Source: Paramecium tetraurelia | Lineage: Eukaryota | DNA: 64,000 bases | Direction of reading: 5' to 3' | Assembly: GCA_000165425.1 (NCBI GenBank) | Contig: CT868667.1 | Location: 248,001 to 312,000, forward strand | Shown here: positions 51,672 through 64,000 of the stretch, piece after piece | Layout of the letters: every line of letters begins with the position of its first letter | Numbering within the stretch: the first letter of the stretch is position 1 | The notes under the pieces: model-generated | What the model was told of the DNA's origin: nothing | Database searches by the model: none | What the model saw: only the letters and a program-made list of their open reading frames with translations | Position numbers and translations under genes: made by a program

Positions 51672-53635
51672 ATGTTTGACCATACTCAACAATTTGTAGA
51701 TGTAGATGGTTTTAAAATTGATCTTTCAAGTGAATTTGGCCATGGAGCCTTTTCCAGATGTTATAGATGCAAAAATCCAGATAAGAAAATGGATCTATGT
51801 GTTAAAGTAAATGCCAATATTGACCTAGATTATACAACTATCCGAAAATTCGGTTGATGTGTTTTCTAGGGAAACAGAAATTGTGGAGAGACTCTTACAA
51901 ACGGATTGCGAGTATCTTGTGAGAATTGTTCATGTGAGCAAGTAGAAAAACCATTGCTTTATCTTTATGGAATACTGCATGTAAGGAGATCTATAGCAAT
52001 TTCTTATTAAAATCTAATAAAATCCAAATTATTTAACAATTTAAATGATTTTATCAATCTTGGAGTAGCTTATACAAGGCTCAAGGTGCTTTACCAAAAT
52101 AGAATTATTCATAGAGATATAAAACCAGCCAATATATTTTTTGGGAACAATGGAACATTTTAGGTAATATCAAAGGCTTATCTAGCTTGCGGATTATGGA
52201 GCGGGAAGAATCTTAGACAATCCCGAAGAGTTATTTATGAGAAGTGGAATTGGAACTCCAATTTATGCTGCTCCCTAGGTATATCAAGGAGAAAATTATA
52301 CTAATAAATGCGATGTTTACAGTGTAATATAATAATTAAATATAGCTTGGCGTAGTTATTTATGAAATCGTCTATTCAAAAGTTCCTATTTTTGCTGCAT
52401 CTTATTATCAATATTTTGAAGCTTTAAAATAAACAAAGGATAAGAAAATATAAATAACTGATTTTCCAAAAAATATATTCGGAATGCCTTAGGAGAAAGA
52501 GAAATTGTATTAATTTTTAAGTTAATCGTTAATTTACGAGGAATCCTCTCGAATAAGTTGGGAGGAATTGTTCGAAATGTTTCCAAACCAAAAATCAACT
52601 GTATCATCATAATCTCAATCAAGTTCAAAGTAAAATAAAATCTCTCAGAATAAAGATCTAATGCTACTATTATATAAAAAGTCGAATCCTAAATCTTCAT
52701 TTCTAACCGAAGTACTCTGGAGAGTGATCTCCAAAGTTCTGTAAAAAGGCTTCAAGATAGTTCTTTAATGTTTAATAAATTTATCTCAGAATTAATAGAA
52801 GATCAAGAGAAGAAGGATATTTCAGTAAAGTAAATCGATCGCAATGATTCATTGATATAATCTTAGAGAACTGATAATATTTTACAAAGGCTTATAGAGT
52901 GCTATTTAGCAAAGTGCACGCTTTTTGCTGAAAGGTTGTTCATTAAAAATAACAATTTCCTTGATTTTTTAAAAAATAATGAAAATAGTGATTTTTCTAG
53001 GCCTTATGTATCTCGTCTTTACTACTACCTAATATTACTAAGTGGATATCAATTTTCAAGCATTTTCAATGTATATAATTTAGTTTTCTAAAATCAAAAA
53101 TATTGGGATGAATTAGAAATCACACAGTAATTAAGTTAAATAGAAAAAAATTTGTTGAAAAATAAATAGAGTTACTTTTATAGGATAAAACTGAAGATTT
53201 GAAAGTGCAAAAGAAATTTGTTAAACAACTATACATCTAATCAAATTATCTTTTCAAGTAAATATTATTTTTCATAATTATAGAGATTAGAGAGAACGGT
53301 TTAAGATTATCAACGAAAATATAATATTAACTTTTATTTAGAAGAAATACTAAGCAATTCTTTTTCGCCAAAATAGTATTACAATTAATATAAAAAACAA
53401 TTTATTGAGTTAAATTCTGATTATCTTTGAAGATGAAAGCGAATTTCTAATGGAAAATAACATGTATCACTTAGCATATTCTATTGACTTTTTTAAGTTA
53501 GAAGAAAAATATGATAGTTTTCTGTCAATTTTAGACTTTGATTACAAAAAAGTTGTTTAATTGCCAGATGATAAAGAATCCTTGTTACGAGCCATAAAAA
53601 ATTACTTCAAAGATTTAAAAAACTAAAAACACTGA
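51672..53635 (+). CDS. Ser/Thr kinase (ULK/ATG1-like ciliate expansion), frameshifted at ~52080 (possible pseudogene or sequence error)
   Basis: GHGAFS, LCVK, FMEYC, HRDIKPANI, LADYG, GTPIYAAPQ, KCDVYSLG; frame change between QLIQG and LKVLYQNRIIHRD. Confidence 0.8.
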
Positions 53636-54296
53636 TATAAACATATTTATATTTAAAATTAGAAATATGTGGTTAATAAATATTAATTATCTATATTTAT
53701 ATATTAAAATCTACCAAATCATTAAAGTTAAAACTGTATTCTCAAAATTTTTGAGGCAAATAATAGTAGTATCATCCTTTTATACTTTCTAAAATAATTA
53801 TAGATATTTGTCCCTATTAGTGAGTTGTTGTTATTTATGAGATTCAGTTGGTTTTATTACTTGATTAAAATTTCATTTACATTTTATAATTGATACATTG
53901 ATATTTTTATTACAATAATTAGAGATTCTCAGTTAAAGTTTTTGAAAAAGATCGCAAAATCTGAAGAGAACCTAAGCATTTATGATAAAAATTATTAAAG
54001 TATATGTTGTATACTAACTTTTATTTATCATATAAACTTCAACTTATCCTAAGTCTAAAAACTAAGAATAAATTATATTAGGTGATATAATATTATATCA
54101 CATTTAGTCAATTATATAAAATTGGGTAGAAATCTAATAAAATCTAGTAACATATAAATTTGAATAAACTGTTTTCATTAGAAAATTAAGATGTTAAGTT
54201 AGGTTTGAAAAAGGTGTTCAAAATGGATTTTGATTAATTTATTTTAATTATATTAGGATTATATAAAACACATAATACTATTAGTTTATTATTGTC

Positions 54297-55427
54297 ATGA
54301 AAATTAATTCACACCCAGAGAAAAAATTAGAAGGAATACTAAAATAAGATATCTTGTTTCAAAAGGCAAAAACAATGATTAAGGAATTGAGTAAGATAGT
54401 TGAAACTATAATTAGAGAGAGATATTTAAGGATTACCCAGTATGGATTACGAAGAAAGTTCAGCCAATTTATATAATTTCATCGTAAATCGGAAAGACGA
54501 GTATACAACCAACTACAGCTCTAAGGCTCATCCATTAAAGAAGACATAAAGAACTCTCTCTTTTGAATTGATAAAACCAAAAATATAAGAAACTTAGATT
54601 AAGCATATGCGTTTTGGAAGTAGGGAGGGAAGGAGAGTGGAAAGCAGAAACAAATAAAAAATCAGAAGAAGAAGTTGTTGTTGTTCTGATTGTGGACATG
54701 ACAATACCAAGATCACTCATCTAATGTACAAAGGAGCAACATGTCATCGTTAAGTAGAACACGCATAACAAATAAGTAAAAAGAGGGATTTTGTAGAGGA
54801 CTCTCTCCGCTTTTGTAAATATTCCATTAATTACTATAAGCTTAAAAATTAGCAAGAAGAATAATTCACATAAAAAACAGATTATCTTCTAAAACAATCG
54901 TATTTAGAAAGCGTTGTAACTCCTGTGATACTCGATTATCGAAGGATATTCATTTTTAACATAAATCGGTTACTATGCAGGTACCTTAGAGAAGGGATAC
55001 TCATTCAAAAACACAGAAGAGACATACTGTATTTGTGAAAAGACAATAAACAATAAATGATAAATTGTTACTTATACCAATTAAAAATCTCAAAGTGGTG
55101 TAAGAATTATAATTACCGAATAAAACCCTACCTACTCTACCTAGTAATACATCATCGAAGATGTTAAAAAAGAAACATTTAAGTCGCACATTCATCCCAG
55201 TTAATCGTTCTATCTTACCCTAAGTGAGTCCGTAAAATATTATAATCAATAACTATAAATCAATAGACTGTTAATTGAAATCTTAAATCAGAAAAGAAGT
55301 GAAGGAATTACAAAAACCACTTAGTGAATCTAAAAAAAACTCAGTCGTTAGTCTTACTAATCCATATCGTAATATCTCTTAATTAGATTACTTACTGAAA
55401 GTCAGAAGAAGACAGTGTAATTATTGA
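54297..55427 (+). CDS. Hypothetical basic protein with RRRSCCCSDCG motif; frame change near 54920
   Basis: ATG 54297, 25-nt intron, coding-like frames to TGA 55425-55427; needs either an atypically GC-rich 29-nt intron (54916-54944) or a -1 shift. Confidence 0.55.
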
Positions 55428-55465
55428 TACTAAATTGATTTCTAAAAATTAACAATTAATTTAAT

Positions 55466-56501
55466 TCAATCTTTAAAATATTTCTATTATTTGCTAGACA
55501 TCCCATTTTGACATAATCGATAAATATGTTTCAAAACAATTTCTGTATTAATGATCGCCTAGTCTAGTTGTATTTCTTTGAGCACGTTGATTAAATCCTT
55601 AGGAATAGAATATTGGAGTAATTCCATCCGTTTAATAGTGTAGAATATAGTTCCATAAGAAATGGAACTTTGATGGAAAATAGTGGTATCATAATATTGA
55701 GAGACAAACTTTAATAAGTTCAGACCACACTTATAAATAGCTTTGAATTTCCTACTCACCAAAGAGTTTTAAACAACATCTGAAGAGATATATTTATAAT
55801 ATCGGTATTCCAAATCTCTCATTATGTAATCGAAAATCTTAAAGTAATTAGGAATTTCAACTTAATGTTGAAGAGTGTTTAAAATAGTAAATTACCACTC
55901 TACCAGTCTAAGTTCATCCATTTTATCACAAGTCAATTAAATCAATTCTTGGGATGATAAACAAGGGCGATCTTTGTATTTGGAGGCAAGACTCAGACAA
56001 CTAACTCCAATCACCAACATGTCCGAGTTGGATAGTTTTAAAGTGGTCTATTGGAGAAATTTATCCAAAAGTGAGATTGCCAAAAAGTATGTTTCTATTG
56101 AAGCATATTTACAATTTCCCATTACGTGATCCATCCAACATAATAGGTCATGTCTTTTTTATTCATCAATTTAGTGTTTCATTAGAGATTCAATAAACTA
56201 GGGTATTTTAACATAAAATTACATTTCCATGTTCAATCTGTTGTGGGTAGGTGATGTGAGTATGTTGGTTTTGAAACCAAGAGAACTATTCTTAAAGTGA
56301 GAATTTGTAGATGTTTGGACTCTCCTCTTTCATAACTTCCACTTCTTTTTCATCTAATCTAATCCAATCAAACTTGAAATTAGTCATATCCAAATAATTT
56401 ATCTAGTGTTTCTTTTTTGGACTCTGAGGAAGCTAAACAATACTCTTAGATTTTAAATTTTAGGAGTTCTTTTCTAAATTTGTAATGTCGAAGAATTACA
56501 T
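55466..56501 (-). CDS. Cyclin (A/B-type cyclin box, divergent)
   Basis: KRHDLLCWMDHV..ETYFLAISLLDKFL..IGVSCLSLASKYKD; N-terminal FFDITN resembles a degenerate destruction-box tail. Confidence 0.85.
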
Positions 56502-56690
56502 TAAGTTATTTAAATTAAAATTACTTCAAATTGATAATTATTAAATTATAAATGAATTATAATTGGGTTTTCAATTTATATTAAATGAAATTTAACACTT
56601 CGTAATTATTACAAAATGAGCATTTTTTTAAGTGCCTTACTAAATCTTAAGTCACATATAAATAATAAACTCTCAAAATAAATAACTAAA

Positions 56691-57307
56691 TCAAGATTTG
56701 AAAATTGGCAAAAGGATGTGACTTTCTTAGAACACATCATCAATTTCTTCTAGTTCAGAATTGAACAAATTCTGATCAGAGACCTTTTCGATAAATTGTT
56801 CAGTCTCTTTCGACGATGAAAAATCTTCAAGAAAGCTTGAACCCTTGGTTTGGTTTTTCATTAAATTTAAGTTTTCTCTCTTTCTTTCGGCCTATTTTAA
56901 TCTTTCAGCAATCGAGGCTTTTCTAATTTTTGATTTATTTTTTCTTATATAATTTCTTAGGAATCCCATCTTCTTCCCTTAGAAATCAAACAGCGAAGCA
57001 ACTAACCCAACCTTGTGGAAGATTGACGTATAATCCTCCAAGGTCTTTTTAGGAACACCAACAAATTTCGCAGCCTCCTTTAAAGAGAAATACTGCTTTT
57101 CTCCTTGCTCATTGATCAAACCCTCCTAGAATATCTTCCTCCAGACCAAGACTTTGTTGTAGGCACTTTCCACTAGTCTTTCTTTAACTCTTTTAGAATC
57201 AACATCTTAGAATTCTGAAATATACATGGTTATTTAATTCTATAAAAATCGAAGTGTGTTATCTCATTTAAAAATATAGAACAATCCATAAGCATTGGAC
57301 AGATCAT
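56691..57307 (-). CDS. Ciliate helix-turn-helix-type putative DNA-binding protein; 5' end uncertain
   Basis: KRVKERLVESAYNKVLVWRKIF..SLKEAAKFVGVPKKTLEDY..FDFQGKKMGFLRNYI; upstream frame interrupted. Confidence 0.6.
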
Positions 57308-57789
57308 TAGTTGGTTTACTTACTCAATTTTTATAAAAACAGATGGAATTATAATTAAATTGATAAGAATTGATTTCTTAAGAAAACAATTGGTTTATTT
57401 TAGTAAGAATTTATTCAATTATTGTAATTATTCCCCTAATGTTTTGTATTTCAATCATATTTGGCACTCTTCTGTGATTTCATTGTAAATAACGATTATA
57501 AAATGAATATAAAATGAATCAAATGATTTACAATGTAAATATCTTCACTATTTGTAATTATATTATGAATTAATTAATATCTTATATGGGTATGTACGTA
57601 GAGATTTACTTAGTTGTTGAGCAACTCTAAATTTAGTAAAATATCCATTTTTGGTATTAAGGTTATTTTGCATTGAAATTGAGGGATGGAGTACTTTAGA
57701 GATTGAGTAATTTGTGAGTATGGTGTGGAGTAGTATTTGCAATTACAATGTCTATTGGAATTAATTTAATCCATCAATAATTATAAATA

Positions 57790-60700
57790 ATGCTAAGAAA
57801 GATTACTTATGGATGTCAGATATCGTTGTCGTTATGCAGTGAAATCGAGACCTACCTTTCAACTGACTAACTTAATGATAATTTATTGGTTCATAAGGTC
57901 ACGCATCAGAATGAGATTCTGAACTTTGAAAAATGCATATTTATGATCATCCCTGTTCTAAATCATTTTTGGGTTGGCAAATTGGTAGAGCTAGTGAGAA
58001 ATGACATTGACAAGGAAATCAATAAAAAGGGTAGTTTAATTGAGCATCATAGAATCCACAATTTAATCTAGACAACAGACTGTAAAGTCTTATGAAAACA
58101 ATCTCGATGAGGAGATGATGGCCAATATCTCATGTTTCCAAAAACTGCAAGACACTTCATTACTGTTTGGAACCTCCACTTTTCATTTGGTTCATAAGGA
58201 TTCTCTTCGATTTGTAATGATTGATCAAGAATCAGTGTAATTAGTGGAATTTCCCTCCGATTACACAGTGTTGCATTTCCAGCCAGTCTATCAATATCAG
58301 AAACAGATCTCGTGTATTTTGGACTAGGAGACTGTAACTTTGTGTGCTGCAAAATCAATTTAAAATAGAAAATGTTATTTAAGATTAATTTCCAAGGAAT
58401 CCGCAGATTAAGTGTCTTCCACCTAGATAAGTCCCACCTACTTAAAAATGAATTTATACAGTAGTCTACAAGAGAATGAGGATTTGCTGTATGCAGGAGA
58501 TCTCATAGCCATAAACCTAAGCGAAACAAATGTACATTCCCCCTCTCATATCATTTAAGTTATTTCTGAATGCCAAACAACCCTATGACACATTTCACGA
58601 GATAGCTGAATACTAGATCCAGAGACTTCAGAACCAATTGACTTAATTGACTCTCCCCAAGATCATCTACGAGGATCTCAAAGTGACCTTCGATGATGTG
58701 ATAGAAAGAATAGGTATGAAGAGGATTCAGAAACTTCAAAGCAGTTCTTATTGGAAGATCGAAAAAACAAATGGACAAGGAGGATAGATTTAATTTTATC
58801 AATTGGTGAGACTTAAACATAATCAATCCTCTAGATATTTGGAATTGTTGAATGGTGATCCCATCTTAACAAACCAATTGAGTAAACTCTCCCTCTTCAT
58901 GTTGATTCCCATTGATGAAGGATAGAAGGTCTTGAAAAAGGATTCCTACTTCAAAGTTTAACATTATCAATCTGGAATGTACTTGCAGGATCAAAACAAC
59001 AAACAAGAAAATAGAAACATCAACATCTTGAGATTAAGGAAGATTGGAGATTACGAGGACACTGAAACTAAATTACTTCAATATTCTGTTAAAATCTTCA
59101 TTGAAGCTATAGAATTGTTGTAAGAAATCAATGATCAAGAAATCAAGTGTTCTCTCTATGATATCAAAAATAAAGAAGGAGAAATCAGATTAAAAATTAA
59201 GTTTTACTTCATTTATCAAAAAGTCAAACAAGTCTTGGCTTATGTTAGTGATTTTCTCATGAATAAATTAATATCCAACCTATCACCTAATCAAAAGTAC
59301 AATCAGATGTCATTCATCAGATAAGACGTAATCATTTCAATCTATATAAATCTAGTCATTCAGATAAGAACCTCTCTTCCCCCTTATTTGTTTATTGTTC
59401 TAAATGCTAAAACCAGAATTGGTTGAACAAATTGCTTAAAACGATAAGGATTTCTTTGAAAAGGAAGAGAAATTCTACCAGAGTACTAAAACCATCAATA
59501 GAGCGGATAGAGACGAAGGAAGGATTATCTATTATTATCGCTTACAAATCAAGATACTCTAAGTCCAATTAATCGAAACTATTAACATCGTATACAATTA
59601 CTAATATATTTTCTTAGATTTGCAAAGACAATATCGAAAATCAGAATTGCTTTTTCTAGTTTTTGCCCATACTCCACAAACACATCATACTATACCCTGA
59701 ATTCATCGCAGTTTTAACCAGTCTAGTCTGTAAAAATCGCTTTTTTCTAGAAGATCTCTCCAAAATTAGAAAGAGTATTGCATATATTCATATTGAATTA
59801 TAGTTTCCTCCAATAAACCAAATAAAAATACATTCATTCTAGAGTGGTTGACTGAAAAGGTCTCTTTAAATTCTGTTGCTAAAACTGAAATCCCTTTGAG
59901 CCAAAAAACAGAAATTTTGTAATTCTTAGCCACATGTTGTTCATTCGGAGTTGAAGCAATATTTGCAAATTAAGAGATGATTTTTAAGACATTGATCAAT
60001 AAGAAGAAGAATATTACATTAATGAAATGTGTTGTAGATGAAGAAAAGAATATTATTGTTACTTGTAATGGTAAGATGGGATAAGTGTCAATTAAATTTG
60101 AAGCCTATTTTGAACAAGCTCATAAGAATTCAAATCCACATTTTTAAGAAGAACTTAATTTTTTAAAGGCTCAATTCTTCTTATATTCATAATTATGCTT
60201 ACAAAGAAACTACGATTCCATTAAGTACTTTGGAGATCAATTTAGTGATAATTCTCTGGTTCCATTATTAAATAACAACTTAATTGACCCTGAATTGAGA
60301 GCCCATTTGATTGCTCTCTGTAAAAATATCTACTTAGACAGGGATCCTTTGATTGCTCAAGTAAAACCTACCTTAATCAGAGTGAATATCAGCAATAGTC
60401 AAACATTTTTCGACAATATATTTTATGAAGATGAAGATGGGGTTTTTGATAAGGTAGAATTGGAAACCAAGTCTTTATACTACGTAATTCAGAAATTCAA
60501 AGAGATCTTGAGTTCTTATCTAAGATAAATGGTGAAGAATCTTCATGAATAGCAACCTTAGAAGGTGTACAACCTCCTCACTCTGCAAATTATGAGAATA
60601 TTATTTATGCTCTTACAATTTGGATGGTTTTCTAAACAAAGTGATGAGATGAATAAACAGAGAATGGATGACTCCAAAGAAATTGAATATGCATTAGAGA

Positions 60701-63700
60701 AATTAATATAGCAATTGTCACTGTTGCTTGAATACGACTTCGATTATCAGAAGGCTCATTCTAAATTGAAATCTAAGAATGTAAATGAGAAATTAGCAAA
60801 AATGATTAAAATTTAATCTTTAAAGTTCTTTAGAAAAACAGAGTAAAAGAAAATCAATTAGAGCAGCATTGAGACAATTAGAGATCCACTCCTAAGGAAA
60901 TTACAGAATGTTAAACGAGTATTGAACAGATTCTAGAATAAGACCTTTAGTGCTCAAACTAATACTTCAGATTATGAAATAGAAATAAAGATAGAGATAT
61001 GCAAAATATTTTAATATCTATTGGATATGAGATTGGACTTTATGATCGATAATGCTATTGCTTTTTTCACCAATACATTCTTGCCTTCAGTTTCTAAAAA
61101 GTTCACGCACTCAGAAAAACAACAATTGCATGATTCCGCTGAGAACAAGTCCCATTTATAGACTCACTTAGTTTATTACAGAAAGAAATACTTGACTTCA
61201 TTATAGGGATTATTGAGGGAGGATCTTCTGAAACCAGGATAGAAGAAGTTTCAATAAAGAGGAATTAAAGATCATGTATAGATCAATAGAATAAGACACT
61301 TTGATAGGATCATAGATCGTCCATTCATAGAAGTGTTATTGAAAGGATTTTACTTTGCCAATGATAATGTCCTCTAAAATCATATCGTAGAATTGATTGA
61401 GAGGTATTAAAATTAAAGATCTGAGTTTTGTAATTACTTAAAGTAAATATAAATGATAATGACGAATAATTTGTAGATTATTTATAGAACTATGTACATT
61501 TTGGTATAGAAGCTGAAAAATAATGTGCAGAATTCCTAAATTTGGTTGCGTTTAGACATTCCCATAGCATTAAATGAAAAGAATGAAGAGACGATTGAAA
61601 AAGTGTTAGAGAAACTAGTTGAAATCTATACAATAATATCAAAGAATGAAGCGAATGAGAGATCAGTTAGGAGAATATTCTTGAATTGTGGTGGTTACTA
61701 AGTGGTTTATTAATTGATAGTGAAGTGTTTATCAGTGATTGATGTAAATATGGACATTTTCGAATGCAGTTTTGAGTTAACAGAGTATGATGAATAGAAA
61801 CAATACTAATAGGAATTGACTGAAAAGATTCTATAAATCTTTTAAGCTTGTCTTCGATTAATAGGGTTATCTGTTAGGAATGATTAATAAAATCAAGAGT
61901 AATTTGTATTATTATCAAAACTAGGTATGTTCTGATCAAGTTAGCAAGGCCATTGTTAAGATACAACATGGTGAATTTAGGCCAGATCGAGTTGATCAAT
62001 GAGTTATTCTCTAATAATCATAACTTATTGCCTTTGGTGAACTCTAATGATTTGTATCAGTTGTTGGAATACGTCAAACTCTATGGGAAATATCAGTCAT
62101 TCATAGAACTCTTTACATCCATAGTAAGAAACAAATAATGCCAATCTCTGTATAAGGATATCTATTAGGCTTTAGTACAATGTGAATCTAAAGACATCAA
62201 TGTAATTTCTATGGAATATAACATTTTAGCCATTCTAGGATAATTATAACTTTTAGAAGTTCTACCCAAATTAGCCCAATATTGAAGAATTTCGTTAGAG
62301 TTTCCTCAAAATCATAGAAGTCGTCCTAATCCATGATGATAGAGCAGCCTTATCAGTCAAAATGTTGGAAGTGCTTGATTTCACTGATTTGACATCGTAC
62401 TTTTTGGAAAAGACTCAGGAAATGAGAAATACAAACTTAGACCTTGAGTTATAGGATAGCATAACTAAAGTAAGTTGTATAATTAATTGTAGATCAAATT
62501 TGTAATCTGCAGAATTATACTCACTTTATCAAAGAAGAAGAAGAAGTTGTTGTTAATTCACGAGAATTACTTTCTCCAAATTATCAGTATTGAAGCATCT
62601 TGGCTTGAATAATAAGAGTTTTTATAGACTTCTGCTAAGACTTATATTGTGGAGGGATTGTTGCCATTGATAAATACATACAATGAATATGCCAATAAGA
62701 AAAATTCTTTCAAGACTGACATAGCACAAATTAGAAGTTATGCTTTGAGTGTTTTAAAGCAATATTCATAATTAACCAAGAATAGTGATACTTCAACTAA
62801 ATATCAAGTGCATAGATTGGTTAAAGCTTTTGATTTGAAAGTTCCTGATGAAACGAGTGAAACAGATTCTGATTAAGAGGGATTGATGAGTGATTTGAAT
62901 GGAGACACATTTAAAACTGAGAAGTTTGAGGAATACTAAGTGACTGAAGGTAGTGATGGATCGGATCAAGGGTGTAATGATTTAGAATTATGGGAATTCT
63001 TTAAGAAGTTATTTGATAACAACTAAAAAATCAAGGAATTGACAGAGACTGACCAATTAGCCTAATCCATTTGGCATGTGAGTGATATGTTCACTAGTGA
63101 TTTTTGGGAGGATAAAGAGAAGAGACAATTAATTTTGACTAATAATGATATGTTGCAAAAGATCCTAGCATTCTTGTAATTTTGGAAGTCAAACAAAGCA
63201 TCAAAACAAAGTGCCATTTTTGCATTAAAGTTGTTGATTCAAATAATAAAAATTGATTAGAACAGAATTAAAATACTCGATCAATTGGGAGGCACTAAGA
63301 TAATTCTCACTTTAATTTGGGAGGAAAATGAAAGTGAAAATGACTACATCATTTAATTGTTGATTTTAATTAAGGAACTCATGACTTGTAAGCAAGTGTA
63401 GAAGACAACCTTAACATTTTTGAGTCTTGCTATATCCAGTGACAAATTCTTTTAAAAAATGGAAATGCTATTGACGATAGAGCAGGATTTAAAAATATGT
63501 ACTTTGGTACTGTAAATAATGGAATTGATGTGTAATGACAACAATAAAGAGTTACAAAACTTGATTCGTTATCAGAAGAATAATAAAAAGTCATATGATC
63601 TTGTTCAGTAGACTATCAACTATTTATGTTCTTTGGATGTTAAGAACAATTATGAATAACTTATTTAGTGTTTAAAGACTTTGAAGTCACAAGCATATGC

Positions 63701-64000
63701 ATGTCGACCAAATCAAACATTAGTGGCCAATTCTAAGTTTGTTGAGTTCTCTATTAGGGTGTTAAATGACTCATCTTTAAAATAGTATTTGGATGAAGTG
63801 CAAATAATTTAATTGAAACATTAGTGTCTAATAATCTTATTGGTAGTTGCTGAAATTAACACCAAGGATGATTATATTGTATAGAAATTGAAGAAAATAG
63901 TTCCCAAGACTGTGTTAGTATAACATTTTGTCAATGTTTATCATCAAATGGTGAATTTGTTTGGCGAGGACAATTATTCGAAGCTGATATTTGTGAATAA
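57790..64000 (+). CDS. IP3 receptor/ryanodine receptor-type Ca2+-release channel (CRC family), 5' part; runs off the right edge
   Basis: Suppressor-domain-like ITYGCQISL..NFEKCIFMIIP..FHLVHKDSLRF; MIR-like LYAGDLI, YWKIE..GG..VRLKH; ALCKNIYLDRDP; RIH-associated MELMCNDNNKELQNLIRYQKNNKKSYDLV. Confidence 0.88.

Noticed and set aside
27741..56501. Myb, LIN54-like CXC and cyclin genes in one window as a possible DREAM/MMB module
   Set aside because: They are 6-18 kb apart and belong to large multigene families; co-occurrence is expected by chance.

Overview
Very AT-rich, extremely gene-dense ciliate macronuclear DNA, most consistent with Paramecium (aurelia-type). Reading frames only stay open if TAA/TAG are read as Gln and TGA is the sole stop (translation table 6). 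Genes carry tiny 20-30 nt GT..AG introns, so the supplied standard-code ORF track shows only fragments. By manual translation I resolve 27 protein-coding loci and one intronless tRNA-Ile(UAU). Recognisable genes: P-type-ATPase/guanylyl-cyclase fusion, ABCC transporter, alpha/beta hydrolase, PI4-kinase III-beta, pseudokinase-kinase tandem, CK1, membrane-anchored M16A peptidase, 3-repeat Myb, EF-hand two-pore channel, TMX-like thioredoxin, degenerate macrodomain protein, RPS11, Aurora-like kinase, divergent formin, SAM methyltransferase, tesmin/LIN54 CXC protein, ULK-like kinase, cyclin, ciliate HTH protein and the 5' part of an IP3R/RyR-type Ca2+-release channel. The most striking locus (42159-44624) fuses DOMON, cytochrome b561, cytochrome b5 and an FAD/NAD(P)H reductase in one polypeptide with all cofactor ligands visible, i.e. 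a candidate self-sufficient trans-membrane electron wire. Several loci carry frameshifts (gene decay or assembly indels), and several gene pairs are separated by only 8-26 nt. All coordinates and motifs come from hand translation; no database searches were run.
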